A stretch of DNA of 63,666 nt, filler included, from Collodictyon triciliatum (lineage: Eukaryota), in assembly GCA_043381765.1 (NCBI GenBank). It is 8 parts of 8 records of this genome, joined end to end, with 100 filler letters (N's around TTAATTAATTAA, not from the genome) between each part and the next. Parts side by side here need not be neighbours in the genome. Positions count along the whole stretch, not along the records: positions 41,764 to 52,104 come from JBHJMP010002715.1; positions 52,205 to 57,022 come from JBHJMP010002716.1; positions 57,123 to 62,529 come from JBHJMP010002717.1; 5 more parts are not named here. One strand, given 5' to 3'. Within the stretch, counting starts at the first letter, position 1. Each line of letters starts with the position of its first letter. A program made the position numbers and the translations under genes. The notes under the pieces were generated by a model, which was not told the origin of the DNA, searched no databases, and saw only the letters and a list, made by a program, of their open reading frames with translations. Positions 43,869 through 57,231 of this stretch are shown here, in pieces.

Positions 43869-45978
43869 ATGGAAGTTTCTCATGCTGAAAAGTTTGACCG
43901 CGCTGCTGCTCAACTGCTTAGTTCTGATCTAAGTAAGGCTGCTTCTCCCTTATTCTTTTCGTCCATTGTCGAACACCTGCTATCAATTCTCTCTGACAGA
44001 ATGAACATCCCTCCGAATAAATCAATATAATCAACACAAGATCGTTTCCGACTTGAAAGATTAGCACACAAAGATGGCTTTCATGATTGAAACATAATGC
44101 ATTTATTGAAGAAATATTCCAATTGAGAGAAAACATTCCTACCTCATATTATGGTCGATGTCTAACAGAAATGAAAAGCCTCTCATAATTTTCAATTACC
44201 ATTTCATTTATCAAGTTGGAATAAAACGTGCACTAAACTCTTATAAATGCATGCAACCAGACATATCCTTCAAGTACAACACGATTGTGGACATTCGCGA
44301 CTGCATCGAATTAACCCAAGGAGCCGAGTATCCGCACTTTCTTAAAAGTCTGATTCCAGCGTTCACTACGTTTCTCAACAATGTTCCTCCAAATTTTTAC
44401 TCGGAAAGTATCGAGCACAAGAGCCGAAATGCAATACTTGAGATACTCAACAGACTTCCAAATACAGAGGTTTTCTTAAACATTTCGCATATGGTTTATC
44501 AATACATATTTTATCAGCTATTTTCTTATAAAATATATACCTATTTGAATTAAGCATGAGTATCCCACCCTCTTAATTTTTTTCCTGGAACATTTTAGGT
44601 GTTAAGACCTCACGTAATAGATATTTTAAGATGTTGTATGAGTGTGTTCGAAGGGGATAATGAGGAAAATGCTGTTGTTGGCCTCCGGATAATCATAGAA
44701 CTGCATAAAAACTATCGCGCACAATTAGAGAACGATGTCCAGTTTTTACTTGACCTTGTCATCAAAATATTCGAAGCAGTCCCGACAGCATTGAAAGAAG
44801 CTTTCAGCGAGAACCCAACCAATCGGCATGTCCACCAGGGAACACACTCCACTAACACGCCTTCACCACAACATTCAGCGCACATACTATCGAGCTCATC
44901 ATTGTCCCTTTCACTGCCTTCATCATCGGTTATGGGAAATTCCTCTGGAGTCTCACTGCAAATGGGAGTAAATCCACCAAGTGCCCCAAACCCCAACGCC
45001 AGTGCCCAAGATTTGGTTCTGGTAAAAAGGTAAGGCAATCCAATTTTAGTAGTTCTCTTATTCATTTTTATGACCTTCCCGAGATATCAAAACAAACACT
45101 TCCAATTTCCAAGAAGAAAAAAAATCCTTATCGCCGGATTTTTAATAATGTTATTCAAGGAATTCTTTTCATTCGTTACATTTTTAGTTTACATTCGTTC
45201 AAAGTGCTGATGGAGTGCCCTGTGATGGTGGTGATGATACTCCAATTTTATCAAAGGTCTGTTATGGAAAATATTCCAAGATTTATTCCTCTTGTCATGC
45301 AAATTCTGTCTCTAAAAGCCCCAGAGACGAGGATTATCCATCAAAGACAACAATATGTCGATTTCATCTCTGCCCAAGTTAAGGTGATTCGCTTTCATGA
45401 ATTAATGTGATGTTCTTTTCGACTAACGACAAACATTATAAAGCAGACATCGGCTATGATGTAATCTTCTTACCATAAACATAATTCTTTAGATTCTTTC
45501 CTTTTTGGCTTACATCGCTCGACAATATGGTCCCCAATTGCAGCAATACCAAACAAAAATACCAGAATTTGTTATTCAACTTCTTCGTGCTTGTTCTTTT
45601 GAAGCACCATCGATAAGAAAGGTATATTTCCATTTCATATATACATATGTATCACTTAAATGAGGTATATAGCGAAAGATATGTGAGCACTCTAATCGAT
45701 ATATTTGGATTCTCAGGATTTACTGGTTGCAACACGCCATATTCTTTCGTCGGAGTTTCGGAATTTTTTCATTCCCCATATAGATGCTTTGATTACTGAA
45801 GATATTTTGATTGGACCTCCAAGGGTCACTTTTGAGTCATTAAGGTTTCATTTTGACACAATAGCCTTCCTGAAACGTAACATGAATCAGTATTTGCCTA
45901 TTCCTATTTATATATTGATATATAGATTAAAATTCTCCTAAAACATGAAAATTGAATATATTCTATGATTTTTTTATT

Positions 45979-46057
<79 letters not shown>

Positions 46058-49000
46058 GAGCAGGTCCCTAGCTTATGGAACATTAGCTGATTTACTGAAT
46101 AATGCAAAGCATGATTTGTCCCTCGCTCAACTCTCCAAAGCTGTGCATCTTTTTTCGAAAAACTTACACGACAGAACTCTGCCACTGAACATCCAAACTC
46201 TTTCTGTCAAGCTTATCCTAAGTTTAGTGGAAGCGATTGTATCAAAGAATGAAGACCAGTCCGGTTTGTATAAGCACTATTATGGTTGAAGTGAATAAAT
46301 CAATCTCTATGACCTTTTACATCCTAAGCTGTTTTTTTTTTTTTTAAAAAAAAAATAAGGTTTACAAGTTACTATGATTTAAATATATTAAATTGCCAGA
46401 AACAACCTCCCATTACAAGAGTTTCAATACAATTTTTTTGACGAATATGTTTATTTACTCACATTTTTTATCATTTGTTTTTAGCAAGGACTCTTCTTAT
46501 TCGTATCCTTGATACACTCACAAATAAAGTGGCATCTATGAGGAATTATTTGGAAAAATTGGTCAAAAGCCCACCAGAGCCTCCTGTACAATCGAGTGAT
46601 GACCCGTCAGCGTCAAGTGTTGGTGTAAACCAAAGTGCCAATGTGGTTGGTGTTGAGAACATTCGCTACGGTGTTATATCCGAGCCTCCCACCGAAACCC
46701 TACGCGGTATTTCTTTTTGTTCATTTGTCTTCATTACTCATATCATATTTGTATTATTGTATGATTTGAGCTTTCCTTTTTCACAATAATTAATAAGAAA
46801 TAAGTCTATTTGAACCTTCGTTTACAAAGCTGAGAATTTACCTCTTATTTTAGACTACTGAATACATCGCAACTATATACAAAATAGAATGTCGGTCGCT
46901 ATTGAAGTCTCTAATTTGGGGATTGAAGTCTGTAACGATGGGGCTATTTAACGGGTTTTCAAATGTGAGTTTCACATTTAACCCTTTGATGAATTACTCA
47001 TGTATCACATTAGTGGAGTTTATATTTTTTTCATATTCGCAATTACACTTTTTTTATACTCATGCCATCTCAAAGCCCGCAAGTCTCTCTGGTAGCACAA
47101 AGCAACCCTTGTCAGCCGAGGAGAGCTCGATTTTATCTCGCCTTTTTGTGCATGGCTTGAAGTGTCTGAGCCTTTACACTTTGAATGATAAAACAACGCC
47201 TCCCAGTGAAGAGAAGGAGGTTGCTATTATTAATAATTATGAAATGGGAAAAAACGATGAATTCGATTTATGCTTTTTTTAAAAAATTTTTTTATTATGT
47301 TTGAGTTATAGCATGGTTTGATTTTACACTTTACCCATATTCTTTCTTATTGGGGCAAATATTTTCGAAATCAAATCTAGATTTTGGAACCTTTTTCTGG
47401 TATCTATACTATGATTGATGTTAGGACATTTCAAGACATAATGAATCAACATATCGGCTACCTATTTAATATCTTGCTCGAGAATCAAACGATGCTGCTC
47501 GTTCCCCAGCACATCGTAACAATACAAACCGTTTCCAAAAATTTCGTTGAAATCTTGCTGAACTATTTGGTCGATAATTTGAAGTATATTTCTTTTTCTA
47601 TTTCCTTTTTCTTTTACACGAATTTTTAAAAAGAAGTCTTGGAAAAATTGAATTGATATATTTATATTTAACGGTATGTCACTTTACTTGTGCAATAGGC
47701 TTCTTGATACTTCAGATAAGATTCAGTCAGGGGTAGTTTTACGTCTGTTTAAATTGGTATTCAGCTCAGTAGCGCTTTGTTCTGAGAATGAGTCAATACT
47801 CCAACAGCACTTGAATACAATCATTATCGGGAGTTTGAATAATAGCGCAGAAGTTAAGGTTGATACACCTCAGTTTGCTTTATATATTGGCGAATTTAGT
47901 CGAAGATTTCTCCTTCTTCTGAAGGAATTCTAGAGGAAGAATGTGCCACTGAAACAGTTAAACTTACCACAGGACCCGACCAATTATTTCCAACTTTTAA
48001 GGACTTTTTTCAGAAGCACAGGGAGCAATCCACTAGATAATCTGCTCAAAGAATTCATCCCTTTGTTACCAAGTATTTTTTTTTCATATACAACCTTTCA
48101 CGAGCCAACTCTTATCACATATTGAACTTTTTTTTCCTTCATTCGATTCAAAGATCTCATATTGAACTATACATGTACTCATTTAATATGATGCTATTTT
48201 TAGCTTTCTTGGAGAGCCTCAATCGACTCCATATGACTGTTCAACAACCCGCACTGAAGCACTTGATTGTTGAGCTGTGTCTTACTGTCCCTGTGCGATT
48301 GAGCAATTTGCTTCCATACCTCCAGTACATAATGAAACCGCTCGTTGCAGCTCTAGAGACAGAAAATGATTTGGTAACTTCACAATCGCTACCGGATAAA
48401 AAAAAAAAAGAGAGACAATATTCCTTTTTTTTTTTTCCATTCAATATACACGTTATTGGTATTACTCAGTAAATATATAGAAGAATAAAATATGTTTTCA
48501 CTCTATCTTACATACGCAAATTAGGCTCTCCAAGGCCTCCGTACCTTGGAGCTTTTCATAGATAATATCGAGGCGAAATATTTGGAACCATACATCCAGC
48601 CAGTCCAAGCTGAGCTAATGACTGCACTATGGAAACACCTTCGTCCAGAACATCATCACCTGTACCGTCAAGTTTTTTCAATTCTTGGAAAGTGGGGAGG
48701 ATATAACAGACAATTTTTGAAGGAATTCCTCGTAATGGTACGAATTAAGCACGAAAACAAAGCCAATATCATTGGATGATTTACCATATATTTACTTGTT
48801 TATGTGCTTTACTAATTCGCTTTTGGATGTAGTTTAATTTGTTTGTATTACACTTTAGACTAATTTCAATAATGGAAGGGTTGCTGATACCACACTTTCT
48901 TATTTCTATCTCCCATAGCCCTATAAGTCCACTGCGGAAAATTACATGAATTTCCAAATGACATTCATCCAGCCCAATTCCACGGTTACGATGGCTGTCG

Positions 49001-51961
49001 ATAGACTTGCTGAAACAGCACAGGAAGTACTTTTAAAGGACGGTGTTGATATATATTTCAAGGTATGGTTTAATTCTTCTTCTACCAAACCATTTCGAAC
49101 AAGACATCGCCTAGCCTTTTGCAGAAAAAATCAGTGGAAAACTAGTGTCGCATTTTTTTCGTATTGATAAAATGAAAAAGATGAATTGAAAACATCGTAC
49201 CTCAATGTCAGAGACAAGCTGTCACGTTTATTATATCGGCAATATCTTCAGCAGTTAATTTTTCTGGGGACCCGACTGTAATAGGGTAGATTTCATATTG
49301 CTTAAAACTCAGTTAACTACTATACTAGTTCTCGTAGGTACATAAGTGATGTCCTAAAAAAAATTCCACAATACTACGTAGCTTGCACTCACCCGAGCTT
49401 ATGGATACCAGCGACAGGAAATTCAACCCAGCTATGCATATTATCACTAGTCCTACAGAACAGCAAGATATATATAAACCAAAAAAGCTGAGTCCAAATC
49501 AAAGGGCATCTTTGGTCAGACTCATCTCATCACTTATCCAGTCGTCAGAAACAGAGCTTCAGGTAATACATAGAGGAAATATTAAAAATACAATATTATT
49601 AGGATTAATATTCATCTAGACTATTTAACTCAGACTCACAAACTCTGCCTCCTTTTTTTCTTCTCTCTAATACAGAATGAGGTCGTGCCCTTCCTAGAAA
49701 ACCTGACCCGTCACTTTGTTTTAATCGCTGTTTCTCGAGAAAATGAAAAATATCCAAGGCAGTATAAGGTACTTTTTTCCCTCCTTTCTTATAGCTGATA
49801 TAGCAGAAAATAGCATACAGTTGTCATCACCTAATAGTTTCTCTCTTGGAACCTGCGTTAATGTAAATGTGATATGAACAATATTTCAGGTTGAGACGGA
49901 AAGTTCTATCATTCTGGATGCAATCATGGAAACCGTTGCATTAAATTATCGGGAACCCAACAAAGCATCCGTAAAATTGGTGTCAATAATTGTAGAGACT
50001 TGCACTACGCTTCTGGGGAATATCGTGAGAATGATTTTCTTCAATATATTGATATTCTGGTTGTGCATACCATGTATGCTTATCAGTATCCGCATCATAT
50101 CATTTCTATCGTTTTATTACTCTTTTAAGTATTTTCATGTTAGGAACGAGCGTCAGAGCTTGCTCTGTTTGATGAATTGGCAGAAAGGGCATCTTTTTAC
50201 TGCTATAAAACTGACTTGGGGTCCAAAGGCTGTGGATGCATTATTATTGGTCAGCTTGCGGCGTTCTTATCTACCGCGTGGGTCACACGGCACCATTTAG
50301 ACTTGGTTAAAGCAATTCTCATGGTTATGAAGGTTAGTCATTATTCTTGAAAACCATACAATAACACAATACCATATACATACATACATACATACATACA
50401 TACATACATACATACATACATACATACATACATACATACATACATACATACATACATACATACATACATACATACATACATACATTTTTCTTGTTTTTTT
50501 AAAAAAAACCCCATTCACTTTGATCATTCATAATGTTATCTTTTCCTTCATTATTTGGATCTATTTGTTTATACCGTGAGGTTAATTTTAAATTTTGTTT
50601 CTGAGTTCCTTTTCTTTTTAACATACGGCATATAGAATCTTCCTCAGCACTTCCATCATCTGTTATACAGTGACACGGCACCCCAGATTGCATTCCCATC
50701 CATAGAAGAGGGCTTTAACGCCATCATGGTCATTATAAAAAAATGTAACTATCCTGGAATAATAAAGGTTTGTGTCTTGTAATCCCGTCATTCCTTCAGC
50801 TTTTTTCCACTTTTTTTTAATATATATATACATATATTCACCCTTAAATCACATAGACGGAAGACCCAGGCTTCAGTCAATTCCAGTCATTCATTCAGAG
50901 TATATCTCCAGATATGGCTTCCTCTAATGCGTATGTTCGTCATACAATACAAACAGCCCTACGCACTCTCTCAGAAAGTATAAATTGCGAGGTACTTGCC
51001 TTTTTGGATGAAAACCATATTAATCTTACCGAATAAAGCTTTTCTTTTTCAATCTTGAATTTTCTTCATCATAGAAACTAAATAAATAAACAAACAGATT
51101 TCAGATTTGATCCTCATTTGCTGGTCCGTCTCCATTGATTATATCCTGAACAGGAATATATCAACTTTGAATCAAGCAACGCAAATCGGATTCATTGATG
51201 CTGTGACATTTTGTTTGAATTTGAGGCCCCAAATCATCACATTTACACCTGCATTGACTAAATTCCTTCAAGAGGCTCTTAAGTTCGTCGATAATGATGA
51301 GCCTTACACCAAACCAATCACCCAAAAGACGAAAAAGCTAAACGTGACCCTGAAAATCGTGAATATTTATGGAATTTACTCTGTCTTTTTTTTTATTTTC
51401 CCAAGTAGCATGTCATTTGGTACTTTATGATATATGTAAATCATATACCGATATGTATTCAACACAAAATTATTTTTCTATCTCATTTTTTCTTTCGTTC
51501 TTTTTCCAAAAAAAAAAAAAAAAGGTCTCCCTTGATTTACTATCAGCTGCGATGACAACAACAGACTTTCAGAACCTCCAATATGCCGATTTGAGAAATA
51601 AAGTAACAGGTGCTTTTTTCAAGGCCCTTACCGTCAGATCAAGAGAAATTGTAGATGTTGCAAAATCTGGTCTTACTCGTATCGTCCATGTTAAACTTCC
51701 AAAAGTAAATGAAGTTTCTCCACTTTTTATGGAATGTTTTATATTGCATTTTTTGATTATTTTGCTTCACTTAAATTCGTACCAGAGTTGGATTCAACTT
51801 ATTGAAAATATACAATTATCTCATGAAGGACCTGCTGCAGACAAGCCTACGTCCAATATTATTGAATCTTGCAGATCACAGAAAGCTTACTGTTCATCTT
51901 TTGCAAGGGTTGGCTCATTTGCTCGAGCTTCTTCAAAATTGTTTCAATGTAGCTTTAGGAG
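43869..51961 (+). CDS. TRRAP: TRRAP/Tra1 (PIKK pseudokinase scaffold), N-terminal part
   Basis: About 24 GT-AG exons: ILEILNRLP, DNEENAVVGLRIIIELHKNYR, SFKVLMECP, RKDLLVATRHIL, VELCLTVPVRLSNLLPYLQYIMKPLVAAL, QGLRTLELFIDN and LLQTSLRPILLNL. Truncated. Confidence 0.96.
48129..48153 (-). mobile_element. 25-nt micro-retroposon insert with 15-bp TSD (1 mismatch), in a TRRAP intron
   Basis: Reverse complement CTTTGAATCGAATGAAGGAAAAAAA, flanked by ATCACATATTGAACT (48114-48128) and ATCTCATATTGAACT (48154-48168). Confidence 0.85.
50376..50484. repeat. (TACA)n microsatellite, intronic
   Basis: Visible. Confidence 0.95.
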
Positions 51962-52901
51962 GTAAGTTAATTTGGTGCATTTGGATAGCCTAATTATTTA
52001 GCTTCTTTCTTGTCTTTCTTGTCTTTCTTGTCTTTCTTGTCTTTCTTGTCTTTCTTGTCTTTCTTGTCTTTCTTGTCTTTCTTGTCTTTCTTGTCTTTCT
52101 TGTCNNNNNNNNNNNNNNNNNNNNNNNNNNNNNNNNNNNNNNNNNNNNTTAATTAATTAANNNNNNNNNNNNNNNNNNNNNNNNNNNNNNNNNNNNNNNN
52201 NNNNCAAACAAACAAACAAACAAACAAACAAACAAACAAACAAACAAACAAACAAACAAACAAACAAACAAACAAACAAACAAACAAACAAACAAACAAC
52301 CTCCTTATCTATTTCGAGTGGCACTGTACATGTCTTTTTTTTTTTGGGTGCGCGTCAAACACGAAATAAAATGAGACCCAAGAAAAAAAAACACTGAAAT
52401 AGATACATACACTTTCACTGGCCAGACCCTGACTTTAAAATTCGGTACAGATGATTTTTACTTGTATGAACATAGCTCAAACCCGTGTGAAGCTATCTAA
52501 AATCTTAACTAACGCCGGCAAAAGTTCTGTACTGAATAAAAGTAAGAATGGAGTAGAGTGAAAGAGACCCTTCGATGGTGATATTAGCCATTATCGGTGC
52601 AACTTCACAAGCTATTTTAATCACACAAATCAAAGTGGCTCCAAAGTAAATAAAATACATTAATAAGAAAATATAATCGTTATGCCTGTGATTATCAATA
52701 ATTATATTAAAAACAAAGTGGAAAGCAAGACCAGGCATTAGCATTTTACGTTCCATAATTGAATAAAACGTGTAACACAATAATACGAATATGTAAAGGA
52801 AAGCTAATTTCTGTCGTGGCGACAAATCGAGCGAATAAAATACACCCGGTCTATTGTCTCAAATGCATTATCCAATACAACGAATAAAATAAACAATACG
52901 T

Positions 52902-54728
52902 CTATTGCTGATTCTCAATATGCTCGACCCTCAAGTTCTCTGTGATAAAGAGAGACCTATTATGGTTCTTATGGTAACTCCAGAGGAACCGAACAAAGAA
53001 AACTGACGCAGATATAACCGAAGACGAAAGAGTAATTTTTGCAGAAACCAGTTGCCTCCCGCCAATTTCCACGTAGCGGTCTTGGTTGAATGTGCGTCCG
53101 ACGTTCAATTTGCATAGAACCGACACTCCCACACACCATGCGATGCCCAGGATTGATATATACGAGATGTTTCTGTAGTTCACGTGAAAAGTATCTATCA
53201 TGATAAACCAAGTCAGGGCGGTGGATATGAAAAACCAAGCGACCATTCTGTAGTCCCACCTGCACAAAACGCCGGAGCTAAAGAAAGCCTTGAAGACCAG
53301 AAACATCAAAAACCAGAAATCAAACGAACGAACCATATGGTGAAACATAAAAATGTTGCATGTCATCACTATTTGAACAAAAATGTAACTTATCCCTATG
53401 GTAATCGTCGTAATTCCGATGTACTCGAGTTCTTTCCCCATGTTGATACCTGAAGAGAGTGGGAGTGAAAAGAATGTGGAGAAAACATTCACGGTAACGC
53501 CCACGATGTTGTAATATTTTGATTTAAGAATTCTAGCCAGTGTCGGATATTTGTCCTTAATGAAGAAGTGAAAAAATGTTTTCCTCAAGTCATAATCTAT
53601 GCTATTATCCTGCATAATTCCAATTCGCATGTGTAGCTTTGGGTCAATACATACCGACTGCTTGTTTTGTTCTGCTTCATATAATTTCTCTTCATTTAAA
53701 TGACTGTCTTTTGGGTTTGATACATGAAGAATATTATCAATGGGCTGGAAGGGAACAATCGACTCCATATTTTTTCCCAAGTTATTGAAATCGGATCTAG
53801 TGCTCCTAAACCCTTTCTTTATGCCCTTCGACGAGGAAACTCTGTATTTGTTGTCGTTGTCGTCATTACCTTCACCTTTTCTTGAGTGCATAATCTCATA
53901 AAATTGTGAGACAAAGGCGATGGTTGTTGACTGCTTTAGAATCAGATGATTGTACAAGATGCGAAGCAAATACACCACCATTGTGGTTAAATCATCGAGG
54001 GCTTGTAGCCTGACGTCCATCAGTTGTATGTTTGTAGATGAAATGTAAACCTTTTCGTTTTTAAACTCAACACTATGTGAGACGAAGATGTAAAATATTG
54101 GTATGTATGATAAAAAACCATTCAAAACAGCCAGCTTCATCAACCCCATCCGCTTCCCTCCATGAGCGTCAAAGAATATCAAGAGCAGAATGCTTGAGAA
54201 TGAGTGGATAACAGCGCATAGTAGTTCAGGAGACGCTCCCCATAGGATGATGGAGCAGATGTGAAAGGAAACAGAATTCCACATCGTAAACCAAAAATTG
54301 AATGACTTTGCCAGCTCTTTAATCACATCTACCCGAATGAAAATGGAATGAAGAGCACAGAAGTTTGTTGTGTAGATGATTTGATAAGGAACGTAAATCT
54401 CCGTGGGCAGTAGATGGACATTATAGCATAAAGACACAGATATAATTGTACTAAAGAACCAGAGAGAAGTGATAGCAAGAGATATTGGTTTGCTTTTGTA
54501 AAAAGACAAGAGGATTTTGCGCAATCTCTCGTTCTTGATCACCATATTAAACACGGTTTTGTTCTTTTCGATTATCCTCACGTCTTTGTGTATAGATAGC
54601 TTCACCATGGATGGCTTGCCTTTTCCCTTTGCGATGTTGCAAGCCTGTTCTGGTATTTGCGCGGCATCGCCCATGCCAGACTCCGACAGTTGCGGCGGTT
54701 GCTTGCTGGGCCCAGACTCGTCGGTTTC
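52902..54728 (-). CDS. Uncharacterised multi-pass membrane protein with two-fold internal repeat (5' end in gap)
   Basis: An uninterrupted ORF of >600 codons with two hydrophobic halves, each carrying an SF(N/D)FWF motif. Confidence 0.8.
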   Translation of the reverse strand, partial: ETDESGPSKQPPQLSESGMGDAAQIPEQACNIAKGKGKPSMVKLSIHKDVRIIEKNKTVFNMVIKNERLRKILLSFYKSKPISLAITSLWFFSTIISVSLCYNVHLLPTEIYVPYQIIYTTNFCALHSIFIRVDVIKELAKSFNFWFTMWNSVSFHICSIILWGASPELLCAVIHSFSSILLLIFFDAHGGKRMGLMKLAVLNGFLSYIPIFYIFVSHSVEFKNEKVYISSTNIQLMDVRLQALDDLTTMVVYLLRILYNHLILKQSTTIAFVSQFYEIMHSRKGEGNDDNDNKYRVSSSKGIKKGFRSTRSDFNNLGKNMESIVPFQPIDNILHVSNPKDSHLNEEKLYEAEQNKQSVCIDPKLHMRIGIMQDNSIDYDLRKTFFHFFIKDKYPTLARILKSKYYNIVGVTVNVFSTFFSLPLSSGINMGKELEYIGITTITIGISYIFVQIVMTCNIFMFHHMVRSFDFWFLMFLVFKAFFSSGVLCRWDYRMVAWFFISTALTWFIMIDTFHVNYRNISYISILGIAWCVGVSVLCKLNVGRTFNQDRYVEIGGRQLVSAKITLSSSVISASVFFVRFLWSYHKNHNRSLFITENLRVEHIENQQ

Positions 54729-55660
54729 NNNNNNNNNNNNNNNNNNNNNNNNNNNNNNNNNNNNNNNNNNNNNNNNNNNNNNNNNNNNNNNNNNNNNNNN
54801 NNNNNNNNNNNNNNNNNNNNNNNNNNNNNNNNNNNNNNNNNNNNNNNNNNNNNNNNNNNNNNNNNNNNNNNNNNNNNNNNNNNNNNNNNNNNNNNNNNNN
54901 NNNNNNNNNNNNNNNNNNNNNNNNNNNNNNNNNNNNNNNNNNNNNNNNNNNNNNNNNNNNNNNNNNNNNNNNNNNNNNNNNNNNNNNNNNNNNNNNNNNN
55001 NNNNNNNNNNNNNNNNNNNNNNNNNNNNNNNNNNNNNNNNNNNNNNNNNNNNNNNNNNNNNNNNNNNNNNNNNNNNNNNNNNNNNNNNNNNNNNNNNNNN
55101 NNNNNNNNNNNNNNNNNNNNNNNNNNNNNNNNNNNNNNNNNNNNNNNNNNNNNNNNNNNNNNNNNNNNNNNNNNNNNNNNNNNNNNNNNNNNNNNNNNNN
55201 NNNNNNNNNNNNNNNNNNNNNNNNNNNNNNNNNNNNNNNNNNNNNNNNNNNNNNNNNNNNNNNNNNNNNNNNNNNNNNNNNNNNNNNNNNNNNNNNNNNN
55301 NNNNNNNNNNNNNNNNNNNNNNNNNNNNNNNNNNNNNNNNNNNNNNNNNNNNNNNNNNNNNNNNNNNNNNNNNNNNNNNNNNNNNNNNNNNNNNNNNNNN
55401 NNNNNNNNNNNNNNNNNNNNNNNNNNNNNNNNNNNNNNNNNNNNNNNNNNNNNNNNNNNNNNNNNNNNNNNNNNNNNNNNNNNNNNNNNNNNNNNNNNNN
55501 NNNNNNNNNNNNNNNNNNNNNNNNNNNNNNNNNNNNNNNNNNNNNNNNNNNNNNNNNNNNNNNNNNNNNNNNNNNNNNNNNNNNNNNNNNNNNNNNNNNN
55601 NNNNNNNNNNNNNNNNNNNNNNNNNNNNNNNNNNNNNNNNNNNNNNNNNNNNNNNNNNNN

Positions 55661-56701
55661 ATTCTTCTTCGCTGGTTTGTCCTCGACACAACTCTGTCCT
55701 TCCTGACGTGGATCGATCCACGGGATCACCGAGCTGCAGAGTCTGGTGAGTTTCTTTTTCTTTTTTCTTTTTTCCCTTTTTTTCCTTTTCTTTTTCCTTT
55801 TCCTTTTCCTTTTCTTTTTCCTTTTCTTTTTCCTTTTTTTTCATTTTACTTTTTCTTTTCTTTCTTTCCTTTTTCTTTCCTTTTTCTTTTCATTTTCCTT
55901 CTTTTCTTTTCATTTTCATTTTACTTTTTCATTTTCATTTTACTTTTACTTTTAATTTTCCTCTTTTTCTCCTTTTTTTTTTAGCGTTTCCTTTTCTTTT
56001 GGCCCATTCAACGAAACAAAAGGATGAGTGTACATTCATGGAGTACAAACATAAGATGTTCACTTTTATACGTAAAGATAAATGGTATATATATGTTCTT
56101 ATTTCAGATAGGTTTCCTATAATGATGAGAGCTCTTTCTTTCTTTCTTCTTCTTTTTTTTTTTTTTTTTTTTTTTTTGTGAGAAACACATATAACCCGCC
56201 GGAACATACGATTGAAAGAAAAAATATTCGATTGCAAACGCATTCCCCTTCGTTCAAACAAAGGGAAAAAATCTTCATAACAAGATAGCTTTGCTTGACC
56301 ATTATGTAAATCTGTTTATTCGAAAGAGCATGCTCACAAAACGAGGATGCACCTTTAGAAAATATGAATCTTAGGCAGGACTGATGACTTTTGAACGCAT
56401 CCTAGTTTCCTTGTCTGACATCGAGGACATCACCTGCCCAGAAGGTGGTTCAGGAGGTCAACCAAATGCAACGGCATCTCCTTCTTTCGTGCTCGTCATC
56501 AAAGGAAACAAGGCATATATTTTATCATTTTCATCATATATAAGTGTTCATAACTTACTAGATGCACAAAGACATAACTATGTATTTTCTAATAGATTAA
56601 CTGCCACGTTTTTTATATAGAAAATCGATATCGTCGCATCTAACTGGCGAGAATTCGAAGTGTGGTACCAGGGCCTTGTTTTTCTGACAGGTATCGGGGC
56701 G
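55661..56701 (+). CDS. PH-domain-containing protein fragment
   Basis: Exons LRWFVLDTTLSFLTW / ILVSLSDIEDI..SFVLVIKGNK / KIDIVASNWREFEVWYQGL give PH strands plus the C-terminal helix Trp. Confidence 0.75.
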
Positions 56702-57231
56702 GTAAGTATATTTTAATTCATTATGAAGCCGCATGTCAAATATTTTATAGCGATTGCCTGTGCTGTTGTTCTCTTTTTAAAAAAAATTCTAAAAAACTAC
56801 TCTACAATCATTCTAAATGAAATAATTTTGCATCAAAATCATCTTGCATGTCCTCTTTCCTCTTTCTTCTCTCCTCTTTCCTCTTTCCTCTTTCCTCTTT
56901 CCTCTTTCCTCTTTCTTCTCTCCTCTTTCCTCTTTCCTCTTTCCTCTTTCCTCTTTCCTCTTTCCTCTTTCCTCTTTCCTCTTTCCTCTTTCCTCTTTCC
57001 TCTTTCCTCTTTCCTCTTTCCTNNNNNNNNNNNNNNNNNNNNNNNNNNNNNNNNNNNNNNNNNNNNTTAATTAATTAANNNNNNNNNNNNNNNNNNNNNN
57101 NNNNNNNNNNNNNNNNNNNNNNCTTTCCTCTTTCCTCTTTCCTCTTTCCTCTTTCCTCTTTCCTCTTTCCTCTTTCCTCTTTCCTCTTTCCTCTTTCCTC
57201 TTTCCTCTTTCCTCTTTCCTCCATAATCTAG

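Noticed and set aside
52465-52505. ATGA...AAA...hairpin resembling a SECIS element
   Set aside because: It lacks the 3' GA of the kink-turn quartet, and no upstream selenoprotein is visible.
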